A DNA stretch of 41,582 bases from an uncultured bacterium. GTDB lineage: Bacteria > Caldisericota > Caldisericia > B22-G15. The notes under the pieces were generated by a model that saw only the letters and a program-made list of their open reading frames with translations, had not been told where the DNA came from and searched no databases. Where the stretch lies: NCBI GenBank assembly GCA_965612865.1, contig CBFDTJ010000004.1, positions 1 through 41,582 on the forward strand, in the 5' to 3' direction. Positions 9,804 through 17,200 of this stretch are shown piece by piece. Numbering within the stretch: position 1 is the first letter of the stretch; each line of letters starts with the position of its first letter. The position numbers and the translations under genes were made by a program.

Positions 9804-11204
9804 ATGAATAAAAAAGTTAATAAATTCAGCGTTCTTGTAGTTGATGATGAAGAGAACATCTTAAACTTTCTCAATGAAGCATTGAAGGACGATTACTTTG
9901 TATTTAAAGCAAAGAACGGCAAGGAAGCCTTAAAGAAAGTTCAGGAAATTTATCCAGATGTTGTTCTTATGGATATAAAAATGCCGGTGATGGATGGCAT
10001 GGAGGCTTTCTTAAAGATAAAGGAAATCGATAAAGATCTTCCGGTTATTATGATGACCGCCTATGGCTCATCCAATACAGCAATTCAGGCTATGAAGGAA
10101 GGTGCATACGACTATGTCACAAAGCCTTTAGATCTTGAGGAGATAAAGGTTACTCTTGAAAAGGCAATTCAGCTTAAGAAACTTTCAGAGAAGGCAAAAA
10201 CAACGCAGTTCGGTGAGGATGAGTTTATCACACAAGGGCTTATAGGGAAGAGCCAGAAAATGCAGGATATTTACAAGCAGATAGGAAGAGCAGCATCCAG
10301 TGATGTTACTGTTCTTATTCTTGGTGAAAGTGGCACAGGAAAAGAGTTAGTTGCAAGAAGTATATATATGAATTCAGGGAGGAGAAACAAACCTTTTGTT
10401 ACTGTGAATTGTGCCGCTATACCAGAGGGGCTTCTTGAATCCGAGCTTTTTGGGCATGAGAAGGGGGCATTTACTGATGCCAAGGAGCGGAGGATTGGTA
10501 AATTTGAACAGGCAAAAGATGGAACTATCTTTCTGGATGAAATTGGAGACATGTCACTCTCTCTTCAAGCAAAAATACTCCGGGTTCTTCAGGAGAAAAC
10601 TTTTGAGAGGGTTGGGGGAAAGGAGACAATTTTTACAAATGCAAGAGTAATTGCTGCCACAAATCAAAATCTTCTAAAACTTGTGGAAGAGAAAAAATTT
10701 AGAGAGGATCTATACTACAGGCTAAACGTTTTTACAATTCACCTTCCACCCCTTAGAGAAAGAAAAGAGGATATACCAGATTTAGTGGAGTATTTTATTT
10801 ATAAGTACTCACACAAATATGGAAAGGTTGTTACCGGGGTATCACCTGAGGTTATGGAAATTTTTATGGATTACAACTGGCCTGGTAACATAAGAGAGCT
10901 GGAAAACAGCATTGCTCATGCTATTGTTGTGACTCAGGGATCAGTTATACTCCCAGAGCATCTCCCCAAGGGCATAAAGAGGAACAAATCTGAAATGGTG
11001 GAATCAAATGATGTAGAAGAGAAAGGGGATGTTGTTCCTTTGACGGAAGCTATTGCTCGTTTGGAAAAGGAGATGATAGTTAAGGCTTTAAAGAAAACGG
11101 GAGGAAACAAGACCAAAGCGGCTAAGCTTCTTGGTATCTCAAGAAAATCTTTGTTTAATAAGATAAGAGATTATAATATTAACTTGGAGGAGAAGGAAGT
11201 CTAA
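9804..11204 (+). CDS. NtrC/AtoC-family sigma54-dependent response regulator (REC, AAA+, Fis-type HTH)
   Basis: VVDDE and MDIKMP receiver motifs, GESGTGKE Walker A, ESELFGHEKGAFTDA, FLDEI Walker B, FREDLYYRL, WPGNIREL, GNKTKAAKLLGIS. Start moved from TTG 9798 to ATG 9804 by promoter geometry. Confidence 0.94.
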   Translation: MNKKVNKFSVLVVDDEENILNFLNEALKDDYFVFKAKNGKEALKKVQEIYPDVVLMDIKMPVMDGMEAFLKIKEIDKDLPVIMMTAYGSSNTAIQAMKEGAYDYVTKPLDLEEIKVTLEKAIQLKKLSEKAKTTQFGEDEFITQGLIGKSQKMQDIYKQIGRAASSDVTVLILGESGTGKELVARSIYMNSGRRNKPFVTVNCAAIPEGLLESELFGHEKGAFTDAKERRIGKFEQAKDGTIFLDEIGDMSLSLQAKILRVLQEKTFERVGGKETIFTNARVIAATNQNLLKLVEEKKFREDLYYRLNVFTIHLPPLRERKEDIPDLVEYFIYKYSHKYGKVVTGVSPEVMEIFMDYNWPGNIRELENSIAHAIVVTQGSVILPEHLPKGIKRNKSEMVESNDVEEKGDVVPLTEAIARLEKEMIVKALKKTGGNKTKAAKLLGISRKSLFNKIRDYNINLEEKEV

Positions 11205-11212
11205 TATATAAT
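11184..11212 (+). promoter_or_regulatory. Candidate sigma70 promoter of the giant surface protein gene
   Basis: TTGGAG (11184-11189), 17-bp spacer, TATAAT (11207-11212). AT-rich context makes a chance match possible. Confidence 0.4.
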
Positions 11213-11288
11213 AAAATAAATAAAATTTTAAAAGAGGTGGTAAAGGAGAAGAATAATGAGAAGAGAAAAAAAGAAAGGAGTGGAAGGT

Positions 11289-14200
11289 ATGAGGAAATTT
11301 TTAAGTATTTTAATGGCGTTAATGCTGGTGTTTACATTCCTTCCAAGAATCCCCATAAGTTTTGGAGCTACAAGTACGGCATCTGTGTTGAATGTTATAA
11401 TAACGCCTGCAATTGTGGGGGAGGTTCCACGAATTGACATTGTTTTTGATCTTGATCTTCCAGTTTCGGCAAACTCTGATAATTTAGTTGTTACATTTCC
11501 CATAGACGCTGGTGGTGATATTAACAAGGAGTTTACGCTTCCCTCTGCAATTCCCACAACAGCAGTATTAATTGATGGGAGTAACAACATAGTAGATGTA
11601 CAGGTTGATTTATTGAATAGGAAAATTGCTGTAATAACATCCATAAATCTTTTTGGAGATCCTGGTTCAGTGGATCATCATACCCTTACTTTCCTACCTT
11701 CTGCAGGGATTAAGAATCCAAAGACATCAGGTTACTATTCCCTGAAATTCCATACATCACAGGAAACTGTAGATGCTACATCTCCTTCCTTCTTTATATA
11801 TCCAACTGTCTTTGATCATTTAGAGATATCTCCTGATCCAGCTTTTGTTGAGTCAAACAAATTTCCATCCACCAGTTACGTTGCAGGTTTTGGGAATCAT
11901 GTAATCCTCAGGGCTTATCCAAAAGATATCTATAATAATACTCTCTATGAAGGATTTATTAATCCTTTTGGAACATATGTTACAAACGGTGATTCTGACT
12001 GTGGAATACGTGTAGACGCCAATGACGCTGCTCATTTCCGTTACTGTGATTCAAATGCAAATGGGCACTATGACTGTTATGATTGCCTCTACTTAGATTC
12101 AGATAATTCCTTTACAATTTCAGTTGGAGATATAAGGATTACTGCATCCTCCTGTGGTGGAAGCTATACTCCAGGAAGTGCTGTAAAAGAGGGTGATGTT
12201 GATATTGGAAATCCGCTATATGCCCCTTATATATTCCCCAATCCATCCTATGTAAGAGGAGAAGGTGATTTGACGAGACCACTGACAAACTTTAGAACTA
12301 CTGGAGATCTTAATGAGGAAAGACATGCCGAGAATATTAACTCAAATGGAGCATATGATTATGGAGAGTTTATTTATAGAAATAAGACAGGAAATGATCC
12401 AACAGTCGTTGATGCTGGAGATAGAAGATTAACAAGTGTAACAATTGGGGGAACAACCTATGCTGCAAATTCAGTAGTTGCTGCAGGAGATTTAGATGAA
12501 GGAACCCCACTGGTTCTATTTCAAAATAATGTGGAGATGTATTATGATGCAGATTTATCCACTTACTATACTCCAGGAGAGGATATATATAAAGATTTAG
12601 ATGCTTCGGGTAGCGTTACTGTTGGAGATCAAAGGTTGACCATAGTTACTTTAGGTACATATACATATATATATAATAGCTTTGTAAGAGAAGATGAAGA
12701 TGTGGGAGATGTGTTAACAGCTTTTCCCGTAAACGAACTTTACTATGATGCTAATGGTGATACTATCTATAGTCCAGGAGAGTGGGTGTATAGAGATGTT
12801 GATACTTCTGGTACTGTAACTGTGGGAGATATAAGACTTTCAACAGTAATAATAGGAAGCTCATCCTACCTTGCTGGAAGTGTATGTCAGGTTGGTGAAC
12901 TGGATGTGGATAAAGGATTTGCTCTCACAGCTTTTGCCGGAAATGAAATGTTTGTAGATTCAGATAGCTCAGGAACATATACTCCTGGTGAAAGAATATA
13001 TAGAGATTTAAATGGAGATGGAGCTGTCTCTTACTCAGCTCCAGCAGATTTAAGACTTTCGACACCATCTCTTAGATTCTATGACTCAAATCTTAACGGA
13101 ACTTTCGATTCCTGTGATTTACTTTATCTGGATATGGACAACTCTCACCATGTATCCAGTTGCGATATAAGAATGACCGCGGTAAATGTGTGGACACATG
13201 ATGGGAGGTTTGCTCATTATATGGCAGGAACAAAAGTTTCAGCAGGAGATCTTGATGCAACAGTCTATCCATCCCTTGAGCTAAAAGATATAGGAATTCT
13301 TGAACCAGATAACATGTTCTATCCATTTAAATATAGATTCTACGATTACAATTTAAATGGAGTATGGGATAGCGATGAACCTCTTGCCTATTATATAGAT
13401 TTTGATGATAACAATGTGCTTGATTCAGGAGACTTTAGAATTTCATCTCCTTTCAATTGGCTCTGGTCAGTGCCTCTTGGCGGAGGCGTAATCGATAATA
13501 ATGGATTCTACACCTCACCTACATGGACAGATTCAACTCCTCCACAGACATTTACTGCTTCAGCAAGTTTGACAATTAAAGCTGTGACGAGAAATAATAC
13601 TTCGACTGTTGTTGTCTTTGAAGGACCACCTAAGGTTATTGTGACTCCTCAAGTTTTATGGATTGCACCGTGTACAGATTTTAAGTATTCAGCTACAGTG
13701 GTTGACGCAAATAATAATCCCATTCCAATGGCAGAAAAGAACGTCGATTTCTTTGCTGGCTATCCCAGAAATACAACTGTGGATAGTTCTCCTGATGCCG
13801 GTATATCACTCGTCAATTTTGCTTTCAATGAGAAACACACTGAAAATGTAGAAATAAATGGAAACTATGATGCAGGTGAGTGGGTTTATAGAGATATGGA
13901 CAATAACGGTGCTGTATCAGTAGGTGATATAAGGCTTACACTTGTAAAGATTGGAACAATAACTTATGCAGCAGGCTCTATTGTTGGTGCAATGTGTCCT
14001 ACTTGTGATGTGGATTTAGGAAAAACACTTGTAGCCTTTAATTCAAACGAAATGCACGCTGAAAATGTAAGCTCGACTCTTCCAGCAACTTATGACCCTG
14101 GTGAATGGATATATAGAGATAATGATTCAAGTTCAACTGCAACATTTGGAGATAGAAGACTAACTGATGTTGTAGATTCTGATGGTAATGTTTTTCCTGC

Positions 14201-17200
14201 AAATTCCTTTGTAGGTGACACAGATGGAGGTACAGCACTTATTGCTATAACAAACGTAAAATTTGTAGATTTGAATGGAAATGGTTATTTTGACCCTGGG
14301 GAGTGGCTATATCAAGACTCTGGTGCTACTTCTGGAGTTGTTGATGCAAATGATGTAAGACTCTTCTCCTGCATGTGTGGTTTATCTGCTGGTAATGTCG
14401 TTGCAGGTGATGGAGATATAGGACTAAAGTTAATACCATTTGTTCCAGTTCATTCAGAGAATGTAAGTATCGATGGAAAATTTAATGGAAGTGGTACGGG
14501 AACAAATGAATTTACAGATCTTAATGGAAACTGCACATGGGATCTAGGAGAGGAAATAACCCCTGATCCAAACGGAAATGATGTTGTTGATATCAAAGAA
14601 TATACATATCTTGATGTAGATGCATCTGGTACAGTTTCAATTGGTGATATAAGAGTTGATTCAGTTACAATTCCAGTAAGGAATGCTGGTGGAACAGTTG
14701 TAAGTATAGTTAATTATGATGCAGGAAGTGTAGTTGAAGGTGGTGATTTAGATATTGGCTGGACACTTGCTGCTTTTATTACAGGTACAGAGAAATATGT
14801 TGATTCTAATAACAACGGACAGTATGATGCAGGAGAATACATATATGATGATAGCGGACCTGGTAATACCGATTATGTAGGAGTTGGAGATAAGCGTCTT
14901 ATTAAGTATGAGTCACTTTGTCCAGATACTACAGTTGCAGCTGGAGATCCTGATGTAACCACACCTCCTATGAAACTTTCAGACTTTGTTGCAGTGGTGA
15001 AGTGGGATGCATCCGGCAACCTTTATTTAGATGTAGATAATGATGGAGTTGTATCCTTTGGAGATATAAGACTTTCTGAATTTATAGACTCAACAGTAGA
15101 TATAGATTCAGAAGGGAATTTCCATTCTGCTGCTTGTGGTGGCGGAACCTCAAGAATCTGGGCATCCTTTACCTATAATGATGGTTGTCCAGGTAATACA
15201 TGTGTGGGTAATAATATAGTTTACAATGAAGTACCTGTCTTTGCACAGGTTACCATGGGAATAAAGGTGTGGGTAACACCAGAAAGTATAAGTCTTATTT
15301 CTGGAGAAAGAAAAGAGTTTAGTGCAAGAACAGAAGATGCGCTTTATCATACAGTAGTAACCCCTCCACCTGTATGGAGCATACTGAATAACGATCCAAT
15401 GTATCCAATTGGAACAATAGATCCAGATACTGGTTTGTTTACTGCACAATCTGATACGCATCCATCAGGTTATGTTGTTGCAACAATTCATACAACATGC
15501 TGTGGTGATATATCTTCAACAGTTCCTCCAATTTCTCCACCAGACTGGGTAATAACATCTGGATTTGTTAGAGTGAACGCTCTTGTTGATGTTGTAAAAT
15601 CTTCATTTAAAATTTGTGGATCTGGCTTCAGTGTCAATGTAAGATGGTATGTTGATCAACTGGGAGATAAACTGAGAATTACCATAACCACATCAGGTGG
15701 TTATGCAAAGATTATTGATAAGACTCCTTCTGTTTCAATGCCAGGTCAGTGGATTAATGTCCCTGTTTATGTCTCTGCTCAGGAACTTGGATTACATGTG
15801 GGAGATACTGCTACAGTTACTGTAAGAGGAGAGGTTGTACCTTCCTATCCATCAACAAAGTGGTGGCTTGAAGATTATGAACAATTCTCTTTCCAGGCAA
15901 CACCACTTCTTACCGTTAACGGTTCTACTGGATGTGATGGAATTCTTATGGCAACCATTGGAGATACTCTTCAGGGTACACTTACTACACTCTCTGATGT
16001 TGATTTAGATGGAAACCTTGACCCGATAAGCTTTGCAACTATAGTTCTTTCAGGACCAGGAAGATTTGATGAGTTTGGAAACTTCTATCTTGAACCATGG
16101 GCTTTAACAACTGTTTCAACAGCAACTACTGATCTAAATGGTAATTTCTCTCTTGGTACAGGTTGGTTTGATGCACTTGGTTATCATGGTGCAAAGTATG
16201 ATGGAATATATAGAATTGAGGCTCAAACTTCTCCAAGGGTTTCAATGTTTGTATATCTTAAGTATCAGGAGACAATTACAACTGATCTTGGAACACTTAC
16301 AGTGGATCTTTCAACACCACAGGTAATTGAAGGAACATTCCAGCTTCCAGGAGGTCTTACACCAGGAAATAACGATGTGTATGTCGAACTCTGGAAGGTA
16401 GATCCTGTTAACGGTTTCGAGAGAAAATATATAAGTAATGGTCCAATTAATGAAATTCCACATGCAGGTCTTCCACCGCAAACTTATCAACCTGTAAAAC
16501 TTGGACCAAATGGTTACTTTAAGATTTACGCCATAATAGATGAACTTGGAAGTTATGCTCTCTTTACAAGAGTAGGAAGTGAGAAGACCAAGATAGGCGA
16601 TTATAGATTTGGAAGATACTACGATCAGGCTGGAAATCCTGTTCCATATCATCCCTTCTCCATAGGAGCACCAAATTATCAGGCAAAGTTACTTATCGAG
16701 CCAACAACTCTATATGCAAATAAACTATGCCACTTCACAATTCTTGTAACAGATGGAACAGGTGAACCTGTAGATGAAATGAGCCTGCATCTTGCAAATA
16801 AATTCAGTTATGAACTTCCTCCTGGATGGGTATTCCAGAATCCACAGGTAAAACCTCTATCGAAAGGTACGTATCTCATCTCTGGAACACCAATTCCTCC
16901 AGCAGGTTCTGGAACCGGTTCTCTCATAGTTAAAGTTTCAGGTGCAGCGTTAATTTCTCTTCCAATTCAGGCGGTTTCTCTATATAATCCATACGCATAC
17001 ATTGATGTAACAACTGTCCATCTTGATAGAAAGATGTTCCCACCAGTTGTTGGTGAGGAATATATTCTTGTATTTGGATTCTATGAGCCGCCAACACCAG
17101 GTCTTACAGTATTTGATCCAGACGAGAACTGGACTCTTTCATCAGATGAGACTGTATTTATGGAGGAGGTTTCAAGAGAGGATAGAGAGATAAGAGTCAA

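Noticed and set aside
12039..15083. Repeats as a CRISPR array or diversity-generating retroelement target
   Set aside because: Similarity is at protein level with diverged DNA; no identical direct repeats, template/variable pair, reverse transcriptase or cas genes seen.
12039..15083. Repeats as RTX nonapeptides or dockerins
   Set aside because: No GGxGxDxUx runs, a Sec-type signal peptide is present, and the helix after the Ca loop expected in dockerins or EF-hands is not evident.
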